From the NCBI GenBank assembly GCA_012295275.1, contig CM022677.1:19282001-19346000 (forward strand): DNA of 64,000 nucleotides. The letters are read 5' to 3'. Positions 23,275 to 38,284 of this stretch are shown here, one piece after another (position 1 is the first letter of the stretch; the number at the start of each line of letters is the position of its first letter). The stretch comes from Chrysomallon squamiferum. Its lineage: Eukaryota > Animalia > Mollusca. The notes under the pieces were generated by a model. The model worked only from the letters and a program-made list of their open reading frames with translations, ran no database searches and was not told the origin of the DNA. The translations under genes and the position numbers were made by a program.

Positions 23275-23667
23275 GCAGAAGGACAAAATATACTGCACTG
23301 GAAACAAGACTCTTCGTTCATTGGGAAGAAGATGATGTACAAAGATGGCCGCATTCAAGTAAAAACGCCTGGCACGTGTTTTATTTACGCTCATCTTGTT
23401 TTCGTGAACAACCAAACACAAGACGACGCCACTTCTGCTCATTCCATCTGGCTTAGAAATGGCGGGAAACACGAAGAGAAATTACTCGAACTTTTCAACT
23501 CTCTCGTTGCTTTGCCATCACCAGAGACAGCAGGGTTTACTCCCACTTACCAAGGCGCGTTGTTTGAACTGAAAGCAGACGACAGTATTGAACTGCGTGT
23601 GCAGAACATTAAAAATCTTCAAAAGGACAAAAACAAACACAACTTCGGAATTTATTGCTTTCAGTAA
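20998..23667 (+). CDS. TNF-superfamily ligand, type II membrane protein, 322 aa, 4 exons
   Basis: Exons 20998-21468 (charged N-terminus, TM FWTEVIILFLFIDIFLVIVISLTF, stalk VCFPC...LCCAG; phase 0), 21683-21719 (phase 0-1), 22887-22958 (DRSAYL, strand-A-like; phase 1-1), 23279-23667 (LHW, YKDGRIQVKTPGTCFIYAHLVF, TYQGALFELKADDSIELRV, HNFGIY, TAA). Total 969 nt, open. The motifs match the TNF homology domain pattern. Confidence 0.9.
22073..22648 (+). repeat. Copy of the TNF upstream block (19418-20673 without the expanded array) inside TNF intron 2
   Basis: Colinear similarity from gatatcacatat...gttcggatatttgataggtagaaggg to gagactgaacataagaa..cactgt; bracketed by a ~97-bp direct repeat at 21975-22072 and 22754-22850. 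Confidence 0.9.
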
Positions 23668-24335
23668 TTTTCTATAACTAACAAGTAGAGATGTCGTGAT
23701 CACAGACAGAACTTTCATGAGAATCAATTGTGTCATTTTTTTTTTTTTTTTGCTACTGTAGAATTTTTATTATGATTTGTTTTGTTGACGTGGTCAGTTT
23801 GTCCTCCTTGGAGACGCCTAATTTATGTTGTAAATGTCAACATTTCTGTGTCAGGAATTAACTAATATTAAAAGCCTTTAATTTGAAACCTCTTCTTGTT
23901 TCTTTATTCCTTAGACACATGATTTTATGTAGTGAGTAACTAGTGGGTTACGTAAGTCTTCGTATATATATATAGATATATATATAGATAGATATATTTG
24001 TATGTATGTATGTATATTTGTATGAATGAATGTATGTATGTATGTATTTAAGTATTATAACCATTATTTTGGAGAATAGTTGTTAATCTGAGATCAAACT
24101 GAACAAATTAATCTCTAGATATTATCTCTAAATCAATGGGAGATAATATCGGGGTATCTGGTAACAACACTATGAGTAGCTGCAAGCAGAGATAACACAG
24201 TAGTGACGTTATCAACTGATTGTCACGTCAACGTCCTGCTAAGTAGTACGGTATTTCATATACTTGTATATTCAAATGCTTACTGAGGTGTGCTATTTTA
24301 CCCTCAGGGATAAACATATTTAATATCCTCCATAT

Positions 24336-24685
<350 letters not shown>

Positions 24686-24729
24686 TTAAATATATTTATA
24701 ACTTTTCAGTTTTAAACGCTCGAGAGAGA

Positions 24730-25425
24730 GTTTTATATAAACGTATAGTTTTATATTGTTTTCAATAATTATTTCGCTTGTTTTAATCTTTTATATTTAG
24801 CATTACGTAAATGCCTTAATGGTACCGTTATTTTTATTTTATTATTATTAATACTGTAATAGGAGTAAAAGTATAGCAGTAGCTGAAGTTGTAGTGGTAG
24901 TGGTAGTTGAAGTAAAAATAGCAGTAGCTGTAGTAGTAGTAGCTGTAATAGAAGTAGTGGTAAGAAAGATGAAAAAAAAACTGAACGAAAAACTATTAAA
25001 AAAGAAATGTTAAAAAAAAAAGGAGAAAAAAGATAAGATAGAAAGAAAGAAAAACAAAAAAACGGAAGAAAGCAAGAAAAGAATCGGCCGAAAGACAAGA
25101 CAAAGAATGAATGAAAGAATTTAAAAATAGAGAGAGAAAGATCGCTGAAGGAATAATAGATGAACAAATATAATAATAAAAAATAAGAATGTGAAAATAA
25201 CAAATAACAAATAGCAAATGACGAATAGTAACGAAACCTAGCAGAAGCGCAAAAAACCTATTCAGATCTACAAAACCTGCTTACTCGGGTCAAATATTAT
25301 ATTCCGCAATTTCTCACCTCGACTATTAACCTCTGAAAAAAAAAATCACTTCCACGATTTATCTTCCTTTCCTCTGTTACAGGCACACATTAATTTATTC
25401 CTGTGTGCCTCATAATCTCTGTTTA
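24730..25425 (+). repeat. Right direct repeat bounding the TNF cassette
   Basis: Similar to 16776-17425; copy 2 of the locus has this block only once. Confidence 0.9.
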
Positions 25426-25696
25426 TCATATAAGGAAACCGCTGTTTAATTTGTTACAAGTATACATTCATTTATTCATGTGTGCCTCATAATCTCTGTT
25501 TATCATATAAGGAAACCGCTGTTTAATTTGTTACAAGTATACATTCATTTATTCATGTGTGCCTCATAATCTCTGTTTATCATATAAGGAAACCGCTGTT
25601 TAATTTGTTACAAGTATACATTCATTTATTCATGTGTGCCTCATAATCTCTGTTTATCATATAAGGAAACCGCTGTTTAATTTGTTACAAGTACAC
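25375..25696. repeat. 77-bp tandem repeat, ~4 copies
   Basis: gctgtttaat recurs at 25441, 25518, 25595 and 25672 (period 77). Confidence 0.95.
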
Positions 25697-26142
25697 AGAG
25701 ATTAATGGGACAAAGCGACAAAAGGCTAGCGTTGTCGTTTAGGTTCATAAATATGCTTGCTATTTGAAATAATAATGATTTACTGCAAGGAGAGGGAAAG
25801 AAAGGAATTATATTACATATTTAGATCAGTAAAGAAGAAACGGAAAAGAAATGGAAATGCAGGCAAAGACAGAAAGAGACAGAAAGACAGAGGGGTATAT
25901 ACATATGTGTATGTGGGTGTCTGTATATACGCACACGCACACATAAAGACACATATATAGACAGATAGATAGACAGACCTGCTTTGTGTTAGTATTAGCA
26001 GCAGCAGTGTAGTTGTCGTTGTTGCAGTTTCATAACCTCTACATCAGATATCAGATAAGACGTACAAAGTAATTCAAATAATCCTGGTTGTACAAGTTCA
26101 GCATTTAAATTAACAATAAAAATTAAAATTAAAATAAAATAA

Positions 26143-26173
<31 letters not shown>

Positions 26174-26337
26174 TAATAATAATATAAATAATAATAATAA
26201 TGATATTAACAATAATAATAATAAAAATAAATAAATAATATAGCAATAATAATAATAATAATAATATAAATAATAATAATAATAATATTAACAATAATAA
26301 TAATAATAATAATAAATAAATAAATAAATAATATAGC

Positions 26338-26395
<58 letters not shown>

Positions 26396-27163
26396 TATAA
26401 ATAAATAAATAAACAAACAACTGTTTATGAAATCTACTGAATTCCCGGATCTAATAACATGAAAAGGATTTAAATATTATCTTACAGTAAAATTAAAAGC
26501 TATGCAGTATGCAACCGTACCTTTAGTTCCTTCTCACCTGATTCATTTACAGGTGTGGTCAACAGGTAGACTATCCTCTGAGATACCAAACCGGAAAATA
26601 AAAAATATTTTTAAAAGTACAATAGCCATTTAATCCGTGAAATGATTTCCAGATCGTAAAACTAACCTGTGTTACTCTAAAAACAAGCCCCGTTAAGAAT
26701 CTCTCGCTTCAAAGCCATGAATAAATTACCATAAATTATCATAATCAGTCGTGTTATTTGTGTTAGGGTCAGACGTTCTGTTGCTAATTATGTATCTTCT
26801 TTTTTTCTTTCTTTCTTTCTTTCTTTCTTTTTTCTTTTTTTCTTTCTTTAATTCTTATTGGTCAGTTTCGTACTCAGTTATTTCTCACGCCCCCCCCCCA
26901 CCGGTTAAACTGTTATTCTTGTAGCTAGTAAATGTTACAGTACGTTGTTATGCAACCGATGACGTCACCAAAACAAAGACATAGGAACGCCTCTATTATT
27001 ATCCCGCTGTACGCCATGCGCTGTGTTATGAATGAAATTAGATATTGGGTCCACCCTGATACGATATTTCATACCGGGACGGAAAAAAAAAAAGAAAAAA
27101 AAAAAGAAAGGTTTTCTATTACGTTCAATGATTACGTTACTGATTGAAGCGATTATTTACTGG

Positions 27164-27257
<94 letters not shown>

Positions 27258-27559
27258 TGTTTATTATCAACGTATTTCTGTAATCACTGTATTTATTAAT
27301 ATCATCATACTTATTTACACATTTATTAAATTATTATTTCATCATCTTTTAAAACTTACACCTTGAGTCGAGTACATCTGGGTTAAACCGAGCTCATTAA
27401 TTCTGTTTGCGCAACAAACCGGGCCATGTTACCTGTTCTAAAAATAGTTCTGAAGCCACGCCCTTCGTCTCTGTATCTCCCTCTCTCTCTCTCTCTGAAT
27501 ACACACATTTAAAAAAATATATATGTAAACATATCTATGTTCTCACACCTCGTAACGCG

Positions 27560-27892
27560 TTTGTTGTCGCTAAGGTCAGGTCACGCCCGCGCAGACGATT
27601 GTGACGTCACACCATAGCAGCCGACAGGCGGTCGTTCCGGTGAATTTTTTGTTATGAACACAAAAGTATTCTTCCAGTGACGTCACGGGTAAGGAGAGGC
27701 ATTGAAAAAAAAACCCACAATGAACCGGCAAGAAGGAGGAGGGATTTTGATATTTATTATGGGATGTCCTGTTTGCGGGTTACTATGAGAGATACACTCT
27801 GCGGTGCGGAGATAACTTACTTGTTGAAGCTTCGGTAAATTCGGGCTGGTATTAAACGACTGAGGTTAAGCGAAAGTTAACGACAGGAATAG
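27560..27892 (+). promoter_or_regulatory. Candidate promoter/non-coding first exon (two TGACGTCA sites, strong donor AG|GTAAGT at 27892/27893)
   Basis: Locally GC/CpG-richer island with TGACGTCA at 27602 and 27678; retained in copy 2 (~58970-59293); no long ORF. May be the 5' end of the 35720 gene. Confidence 0.35.
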
Positions 27893-27945
27893 GTAAGTGT
27901 CAGTTTTATTTAATTCTTCTTCTTCTTCTTCTTCTTCTTCTTCTT

Positions 27946-27976
<31 letters not shown>

Positions 27977-28028
27977 TTATTATTATTATTATTGTCTTCA
28001 TCATCGTTATTATCATTTTCATCATCAT

Positions 28029-28064
<36 letters not shown>

Positions 28065-28169
28065 GATTTGTATGAGTGTGTGTGTACATATATAACATAT
28101 ATATATAATTTTAAATGATGTTTTAATTTCTTCAATTCTTGTATATCTCTATTTTTCTATTTTAGTCTC

Positions 28170-28218
<49 letters not shown>

Positions 28219-28406
28219 TATACACACACACACACGCACACACACACATATATCAATCATGTTTTGGTGTCAGTGTTCACATTTGAGTATGGATCGAGTG
28301 TAGTATTTTACTTTAATAAAAACACATTACTAGAAAAAACAAAACAAAAACCCGAAAAGTAAAGAAAAAAAAATAATAAAAAGCAAAATGAAAAACAAAA
28401 CGATAA

Positions 28407-28461
<55 letters not shown>

Positions 28462-28686
28462 AATAAAATAAAATAAAATAAAATGAAAACAAAAATAAAA
28501 ATACAAATAAAGCAAAATAAAATAAAATAAAAATGAAATAAAAATGAAACAAAATTAAAATAAAATAAAATCAGATAAAATAAACTTAAAAATACAAAAC
28601 AGACACAGATAGGAATATATGATGCCATTGCTTAATATACAAGGATAATATTAAAGAAATATGCCAAAGAAAAATGTGGTTGTGTA

Positions 28687-28729
<43 letters not shown>

Positions 28730-29777
28730 AGGAACAAACAACAGCAACAACAACAGCAACAATACCACCAACAACAAAACAACAACAACAATAATAATAT
28801 CTCCCTCCCTCTCTCTCTCTATCTTTCTTTGTCTCTTTTTATGTCTGTCAATCAGGCAGTAAGTCTATCTATCTATCTTTCTATCTATCTATCTATCTAT
28901 CTATCTATGTGTCTGGCACTCTGTCTGTCTGTCTCTCTCTCTATAATAATAATCATAATAATAATAATAATAATATATTCTTTTTTTCTACTAATGTGTC
29001 TTTGTTAAAAGTAAATAACTACATTTTGTTATTCTTTATTTTTTTCCTTCATCATTAATTTCTTCTTTTCTTTCGTCTCGTCCTATTTTCTTTCCTGTCT
29101 TCTTCTGTTCGTCACATCATTCCTTTTCTCTTTATCCTTTACTTCATTTCTTCTTTCATTCCTGTCTACTTAATATAATAATACATCATAATCATGATCA
29201 TTTTTGGTACTATTATTATTATTATCATTATCATCGGCATCATCATTATTATAATTATTATCTTGTCATTATTATTATTGTTATCTTAATTATTATTATT
29301 ATTATCATCATCATCATTATTACTGCATCATTTTCATTATTATTATCATATCATTATAATCATTATTATTACTATCATCATCGTCATTATTAGAATTTTT
29401 ATTAAACGGCTTCTAATATATATATATATTTATTTATTTATTTATTTATTTTCAATACAACTCTTTCAATTTTACGTTTTTGTACCCCACATAGACGGAA
29501 ATCTAATTTACATATTTGTGCATTAATATTACGTTTATTGTCATTGTCAACTTATGAAACTTCTTTTTCTTTTTGGTTTGTTAATTTCCTTTGTCACAGT
29601 TTGTGTCGTTTATGTTCCGGCTGTTGCACGCTTATCCTTTAGGAAATAAAAAAATAAAAGAGATTAATTTTCTTAACAGCAAGAAATAATTAATATAGAT
29701 AACACACGCGTGCGTATTTACGTAAGAACGCAAGCACGTACTGCTGTGAATGTTAATAATGTTTTAAATTATGAAAT

Positions 29778-29813
<36 letters not shown>

Positions 29814-29983
29814 TGCATTTGACGTCATACGACTGTAGGATAAAAGGTTTAATGACTGTGATGTTAAATAGGTTGTTCCTACTTTCATTCCTTCCTTTTT
29901 TCTTCCTTCTTTCCTTCTGCTAAGTCTGTTTTTATTGTGAAGCTAACTGCCGTTATAGTGCGTGTGCGTTAATATTAATTACC

Positions 29984-30035
<52 letters not shown>

Positions 30036-30465
30036 TACTTTTATTGCATTTGTTTCTATATAAATGTTGTGATTCTTAAATATACACATACACACATTTA
30101 CATATATATATATATGCACACACATATACAAAATATATACATACATATACATACATACATACATACATACATACATACATACATACATACATAGACACAC
30201 ATACATACATAAATACATACATCCAAAGACACACATATACATACACACACCTACACACACAAACACTTGTACACACATGCATCAATCCAAATAATCTTCA
30301 AAACAAATACAACAGAAAAAAAAAAAAACATTCAACTCAAAAACCTTAATCCTTCATTTATCTGACCACATCTCCATCGAGCTTTTAATCATATTTTATT
30401 ACCGCCCATCCCAAACGTACATCCGCTTTTAGCAGGACTAATATTTACTTAGACGAAAGAATTCC

Positions 30466-30519
30466 AGTCGTGCCGACGATATGACGTCATTTTCAAGTCG
30501 CGGCGACAATATGACGTCA
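30466..30519. promoter_or_regulatory. Paired CRE/ATF palindromes within a 30-bp dimer
   Basis: agtcgtgccgacgatatgacgtca and agtcgcggcgacaatatgacgtca; TGACGTCA at 30482 and 30512; conserved at 61768 and 61798. Confidence 0.35.
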
Positions 30520-31277
30520 CCGTGAAATCAGACCTAGTTAATCTGAAGTGCAGGTTATGAAGTGAAGTGATGTAGACTGATAGACAAACAGACAGACAGA
30601 GAGATAGATAGAGAGAGACACTGTAAATATATTTTTGGCGACAAAGTGTTAATTTTTTTTTTTTTTTACGTTATTGTCGCCTAAGGCAATAGTGAACGTG
30701 TTAATGTTGTTGGTATTTTTTTTTTTTTTTTTTTTTTTTTAATGAATAGGTGTCTGGTTTAGCTTGATTTATTTTGTTCTAGTTTGTTCTCTTTTATTTT
30801 AATATATTTTATTTTATTTTGCTTTTCTTTGTTGTTTTGTTCCGTTTCTTTTTTAGGTTGTTTTTTTTTTTTTTTTTTTTTTTTTTTTATTTTATATAAT
30901 ATCTCATTTGATTTGATTTGATTTGATTTGATTTATTTGTTTATTTTATCTAGATTTTTTATTATTTTTATTTTGTTTTAATCCGAATTTTTGATTATTA
31001 AATAATAATAATAACAATTTATTTTTTATCTCTTATTTCTTATTTTATTTTATTTTATTTATTTATTTATTTATTTATTTTTAACTCATTATTTTATTTT
31101 ATTTTATTTTATTTTATTAGTGTTTGGATTTGTCCTTGTTGCAGTTATGTTTCGGTTTTTCCTTTCTTTTTCTTTTCTTATTGTAGTTCTTTTATGTTTT
31201 CTACATTTTTCAATTATTTTAATTTTTTCAGATAATAATAATAATAATAATATTATATTATTATTATTATTATTATT

Positions 31278-31310
<33 letters not shown>

Positions 31311-31342
31311 GCTATTGTTATTATTGTTATTATTGTTATTAC

Positions 31343-31387
<45 letters not shown>

Positions 31388-32164
31388 CATTATCATCATC
31401 ATCAACATTATTATTTGGGGTTGGAAACCTGTGTGTACTTTTTTCATTTTCTTTCTTTCTTTCTTTTATTTCTTTTATTTTTTTATTTTTTTATTACTTA
31501 ATGACCTATTTAAACATGTTTGTCCTTCACTTTAAAAAAAATAAAAATAAATAAAAATTATATTTCACATTACACCTGCATTTGTTGACTTCAAAAAGCA
31601 ATACGCCAGCGTATGAAAAAAAAAAAAAAAAAACAGTTTAAGGTGGAGAACGAAAACACCTTACAATCGATTCGTCATAAAAAAAAAAAACAAAAAAAAA
31701 ACTTTGCCCATCAATTACCGCGCATTTTGCACCTGTCTCTGCACTGTACGTAAAAAAGGTTTATTAGAGTGCATATTACCTCATCCTTGCCTGCAACAAA
31801 CGACGCGAAATGAATGGACGGATCACCTTTCCTCGCCATCTTTGAAAAAAAATAATGTTGCTATTAAGGTTTTTTGTTGAAGTTTTTGACGAGACGATTT
31901 ACGACGTGCAAAACAGTCGCGTCAAAAGCAGACGACGGTTAGACTGTCGATGAATCAGCAGATACTGGCGTCGACCTTTGACCTCGTTTGATAATGCTGA
32001 GATGCATCGCAGCGAGGCGGGGTGGAAATTCACACTGATATGTTATTTTCTAAACCCCCCTCCCCTCCCCCTCCACTCGCCCGACGTGTTCTTTTCACTA
32101 ATTCTAATATTCTTACTAACTCTGCCAATTTTGTCGTTCTATGTGACATCGTGTGTGTGTGTGT

Positions 32165-32264
<100 letters not shown>

Positions 32265-34846
32265 CTCTCTCTCTCTCTCTCACGTCGCCACTAGGGGCGC
32301 TCGCTAAAGATTTGTCTCACCATTGGCGAATTCCCAGCCTCAAAGTGTTACGTTAATTTATTACGTGTCTTGGAACAGAATGAGATGAAATATCAGTTTA
32401 TTTTGTTAGATGAATTTCTTTAAAAATACTTGATTGTTTAATAGCCATTTGTAGAGAAGTGGTAACGCCCGATTCTTGAAAAATAATCTCCTCATGAACG
32501 ACAACTCTGTATTGTCGTCTGCATTAGTAAACGTCAACATAATAGAAGAAAAAAATAATTATCTATTCACGAACGACAACTCTTATTCAGGAACGATTCG
32601 TGTTCATCTATCAACTGAAACAAGCCTAAAACATTTGATCTGACTCAGTATGTCTGCCTCTGTCTGATCACGCAAATTTGACAAAAATATCTCTGAAAAT
32701 ATGTTTTTCGTGACTCTTTTTTAAATGAACGTGAAAATACAAATAAGGGGAAAACGGATTTTTTGAGAACTTTGAAATGCGATATGTTTTACAACTATTG
32801 TAGATATCTTCAAAAAGATTTTTGTTGTTTTTACATTTGGGATTGGTTTTCTTTTAACTGGTATAGAATATATGTTTATTTGACAATTTAAAAAATGCGT
32901 TATCTTTGCTATCAAAGCATGTTACATACAGTTTTTTCAACAGTACAATGATGTCATTGTCATAAAATTCTGTTGCTAGGCGACGACAATTAGAAATGAC
33001 GTCAGAAGGCAAAACATAGTCTCTATACCCACAGACTCTTTCAAAAACTATATCAATGATTATTTCTCGAGACTCATACATTATTTTTTTCTTATTCTCC
33101 ACCCTTTTTGAAATTTCTATGCTACATTTCTCTTTTTTTTTCTTTTTTTTTATCTATTCAACGCCCGTTTATTATCTTTTTTCTTGTTCATTTCTTTTCA
33201 TTTCTTTACTTTTTCTTTTCTTCTGGTCTGGTTCAGTTAGGTCAAGCGATAAACTAACTTATTTTGCATTTCGTGACGAAGCGATTCCGAAAGAAATGTT
33301 CGTGAGAAGACGTCAAAACCCGAATTATAAATAAAACTTTCCTTTATCGCAGAAAAATGCTTTATAGGCGTAGCTCATTAGCATAATAAATGCGCACATA
33401 TTTCTGCAAGGCTACTGCTGTTTGAGTACTTAATCTTTTTATATAACAAGTCTCTCTCTCTTTCTCTCTCCCCCCCTCTCTCTCTCTCTCTTACATATAT
33501 ACACACACGACACACATACATACATCACACACAAACACACCTATATCTACGTACACTAACGTTTAATTATTAATAAATACATAAGTACGTACTACATTAA
33601 CATAATAAATTTATGAATACTGACGCGTTCTCATTAACATAATAAATGTATGAATACCCACTCGCTCTCATTAACATAATAATAACGATAACTCGTTCTT
33701 AACATTAATCTAAAGTACATAGGGGCAAAATTGCTCGTACTTTATAAGAAAAAAAAAGAAAGAAAAAAAGAAAAGAGGATGAAATAAAATAAAGCACAGT
33801 TTTTTAAGAAGGTCACTGAGGCTGATATTTGTAAGCGCAGTTTAGTTCGACGCGAAGGTAAGAATGCACATGCAGACGCACACACACACACAAAACACGA
33901 GAGAGAGAGAGATTATGAAGAACCAAAGAAATAATTAACACATAGAAGTAAAATTATATATTACACAGATATTAAACGGACACATATACATATAAAAATA
34001 GTGCATAACACACACACGCACACACACATACACACACACACACGGAGATACACGCACGCACTCACATACATCAAACTAAAAACGATCTATAACGAATCCT
34101 GTTAACGTAGACAGACAGACAGACTGACAAGCCAAGTAAGACGTATTTGGTCGAAAATCAACATCAATCATTCGCTATTTACAGTGTCCGCTTAAAACAG
34201 GTTCCACCTGTTTCTAAATCACTAAGTCTTTAGTACTGACGGCTGAAAATAGTTCTGACAAGTTGGCGCATGAATACAAAACGAAACGTGATTACATTTC
34301 TAGATAAACGGGATTTTTAAAAGATGTCTTGATGTTTTTAACAGATAAAAGGTGCCTTAGGCTTAATGCTTTCATTATTTATTTCACTTTCTTTTTTTGC
34401 TTTTTCCTTTTTAAAAAAAAAAAAAAAATTATTATTTGTTGCGCTTATAATTTTATTAACAACTTAAATGTTATTTAATGCTGTTTCACAATCATTCTGT
34501 TGATGATAATGTCATCATCATCATCATTATTATTCTTTTACTACTATACCCCCCACACACACACACACATACACACAGACGTCTACAGATAAATATCTTC
34601 TCGTAAAACGGTGACACTTTATAATTCTGTTATCATTAAATCTATGAAATACTGGAATTGCCTTAAAGGAATTAATACACATTACATACACATACATGCA
34701 TACATACATACATACATACACACACACATACTCAGATACATTTCGGAAAAGAGCGTCCCATTCAAGGGTGATGTCATATTTCATTACTGGACGTCCAGAT
34801 TTGGAATTAGGATCATTCAACTACGGGATGTAATAGGTACTATACC

Positions 34847-34897
<51 letters not shown>

Positions 34898-35719
34898 CAT
34901 AATCATAATAATTAAGAATGTCAGGCTTGCGCAGATTTCATTTTTCGAATTTAATTTTTTTTTATTTTTTTTTATTTTCTCATTCGTGTGATTTTATGGT
35001 TTATGACAATAAAGGCATTGATAGTGACATTGCCCGGGGGCAAAGGGGACATCACTCTAGTTCACATATTAAATGTCCTTCAGGTAATGTACATACTTTT
35101 CAGACGGGTGATTAATTGGCTTACTACAGTTATCTCTAAATTCCTTGACGATGTCGACAATCTTCAAGGCGGAAATACACGAAGTTAGACGAAACTGCTG
35201 AAGTGGTTTTCGATTCATGACTTTTAACTATATACTTTTTAGCGCGGAAATATACGAATTTTAACGAATGAAAATCCGAGGATTTTCTCACATATGCAGA
35301 CATCGCATAATTATGTCTGTATTGTATTTTTCTGTCATACGAAATGGACGTTAAAATCGGTAAACTCTTTAATTATCCCAAACGAACTGATAATAATAAG
35401 AAGAAAAAAAATAATAATATTCGCTACAGTATATGCAAGCACTCTTATCAAACGGAAAAAGACGAAAACAAACGAAGAAACCGTGTAACTTTCATAAAAA
35501 AAAAAAAAAATACTAATTATACCTTAATTTCATTTCTGTAATCTTTCAGACGTAAATAGACGACGATAAACGAAAAAAAAAAAACACTAAAATTTAGAAA
35601 AAATAAACAAACAAACAAACAAACAAATAAATAAATTAATTAATTAATTAATTAATTTAAGTAATAATAATGATAACAGTAATAATAATAATAAATCGTC
35701 TGTCTTTATTTTTTTTCAG

Positions 35720-36099
35720 ACGGAAACAAGCGAAGAAAACCGAGTACCTTTCGCCCCGAGCCTGAATTCAACAATCATGAATAATTACACTCACATAGAT
35801 CAGACAGATAACGGGACTACTTTTCTCGGCGGACTGTCCGAGGTGGAGATAGTTGTGATAGGGACTGTGACGGCAGTCTTGTTACTGGGACTGATAGCAA
35901 TAATACTGAGAATAACAATGCCGAGAATTAAGCAGAGGAGGAAAGAGAAGATGATGAAGAAGAAACAGATTGTCGACGAGAAAAATGGGTTAGTATTTAT
36001 AAAAAAAACTTTGTGTTTCTTCTTTTATATATATATATATCCTTTGTTATTTTAACTTCCCATTTTCTTGAAGCTCATCTCTCTCTCTCTGTTTATATA

Positions 36100-36167
<68 letters not shown>

Positions 36168-36312
36168 TTCTGTCTCTTTCTCGTCTGTTTCTCTCTCTCT
36201 CTCTCTTTTTCTCTCTTTCGCCACTCATTTTTTAGTCTTATTATTATTATTATTCTTTTTTACATATTGCTCTTTTTTTTTTTTTTCTCACACTTTTTTT
36301 TTGTTTCACTCT

Positions 36313-36400
<88 letters not shown>

Positions 36401-37293
36401 GCTCCCTCTTTCTGTCTCTTCCATCTGTATGCTCTATCTGTCTATCTCTATTTCTATTTGTCCTTTTTCTCCCCTCCTTTCCCTTCTTTAACTATAGAGC
36501 CAATCCATAACTATTATAATTCATTCAAGACTATTATTATTATTATTATTCTTATTCTTCTTATTATTATTATTCGCCTTCACAGTCCTCAAAAAAAAAA
36601 AAAAAAAAGTTTCTATGTGTTTGTGACGTCACAACCTCCATTTCGTTTCAGGAAACTGCTCGCACCTGGAACGCCGTTGTCGCAGGCCTCGCGTGCGTCG
36701 TCGAAGGCGTCTGCACTCGACGACTGGTCAGACAACGCCAGCGACCACACGAAGATGACGAACTTCTCACAGACGTCGTTGCTGTCGAAGGACAGAGGAT
36801 TGTACAGCAACTTCAGACTGCAGCCAGCATCTCAGCCTGGAATGAGGTAAACACAGTGTGCTCATTTCAATACGTTTGATTTTGTTTGGTTTTGGCTTTT
36901 ATTTATTTATTTATAAATTTACTTATTTATTTATTTATTTATTTATTATATTTATTTACTTATTTATTTAATATATTTATTTACTTATTTATTTATTTAT
37001 TTAATATATTTATTTATTTATTTATAATATATTTTTATTATTTATTTTTATTTTTTATTATATATATATATATATTTTTAAATTTGACATTTCATTTTAT
37101 TTTTATATTATTTTATTTTATTGTGTTTTATTAATTTAATTTAATTTAATTTTTTTAATTTTATTTTATTTCTATTTTATTATTTATTTTATTTCTTTGT
37201 ATTTGGTGTTTCTTATTTATTTATTTATTTATTTTATTTATTTATTTTATTTTTATTTTATTATTTATTTTATTTCTTTGTGTTTGGTGTTTC

Positions 37294-37332
<39 letters not shown>

Positions 37333-37774
37333 TTTGTTTATTTAATCTAGTTTAACTTTATTTTATTTGATTTTCATTTTCATTTTCATTTTTCTTTTTC
37401 TTTAGTAGTTATTTATTATTTTTACTTTCTATTTATTTTCATACTATTTTACTTTTCTATTTTTTCTATTATTTCATTTTTCATTTTATTTTATTTTATT
37501 TTATTTATTTATTTATTTATCTAGTTTCTTATTCACAAAGTTTCTGTTTATTTATTCATTTTCAATAATTTCTTCCCTTATTAGTATTTCCATTTTATTA
37601 TTATTATTTTTTTTATATCTTCTTTTGTCTTGTTTTCTTCATTCTTTCATTCCGTTCTGATTTAAACTTTTGTTATTCGTTTCTTTATGTTTCTTCTCTT
37701 CTCTCTCTCAGTGTCTCCACAGACCGAATCAATGAAGATTTGATTTCTGTTATATCACACAGATCAGTCGACCC
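35720..37774 (+). CDS. Uncharacterised single-pass transmembrane protein with Ser-rich cytoplasmic tail (3'-partial, runs into the gap)
   Basis: Exons 35720-35988 (open from the acceptor, ATG at 35777; sequons NST/NYT/NGT; TM IVVIGTVTAVLLLGLIAIIL; basic RIKQRRKEK), 36652-36846 (KLLAPGTPLSQASRASSKAS...), 37712-37774 (SVSTDRINEDLISVISHRSVD). Canonical splice sites, with phase-2 joins in frame. Confidence 0.75.
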
Positions 37775-37953
37775 GTAAGTATTCACAACAACAACAACAA
37801 CAACAACAATAATATTAATAATAATAATAATTAATAATAATAATAATATCAGTAACAGTGATAATAATAATAATGAGAATAATTAATAATAATAATAAAC
37901 GTAATAGTGATAAAAATAATAATAATAATAATAATAACAACAACAATAATAAC

Positions 37954-37985
<32 letters not shown>

Positions 37986-38084
37986 TGATGATGATGATGA
38001 TAATAATATTAATAATAATTACAAATAATAAAATGCTGTTTGATATTTGGCTTTCCTCCTATTTTGATTTCTGTGTTAATATTG

Positions 38085-38284
38085 NNNNNNNNNNNNNNNN
38101 NNNNNNNNNNNNNNNNNNNNNNNNNNNNNNNNNNNNNNNNNNNNNNNNNNNNNNNNNNNNNNNNNNNNNNNNNNNNNNNNNNNNNNNNNNNNNNNNNNNN
38201 NNNNNNNNNNNNNNNNNNNNNNNNNNNNNNNNNNNNNNNNNNNNNNNNNNNNNNNNNNNNNNNNNNNNNNNNNNNNNNNNNNNN
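38085..38284. other. Assembly gap, exactly 200 N
   Basis: Run of n. A round fixed size is typical of a scaffold join of unknown true length. Confidence 0.99.
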
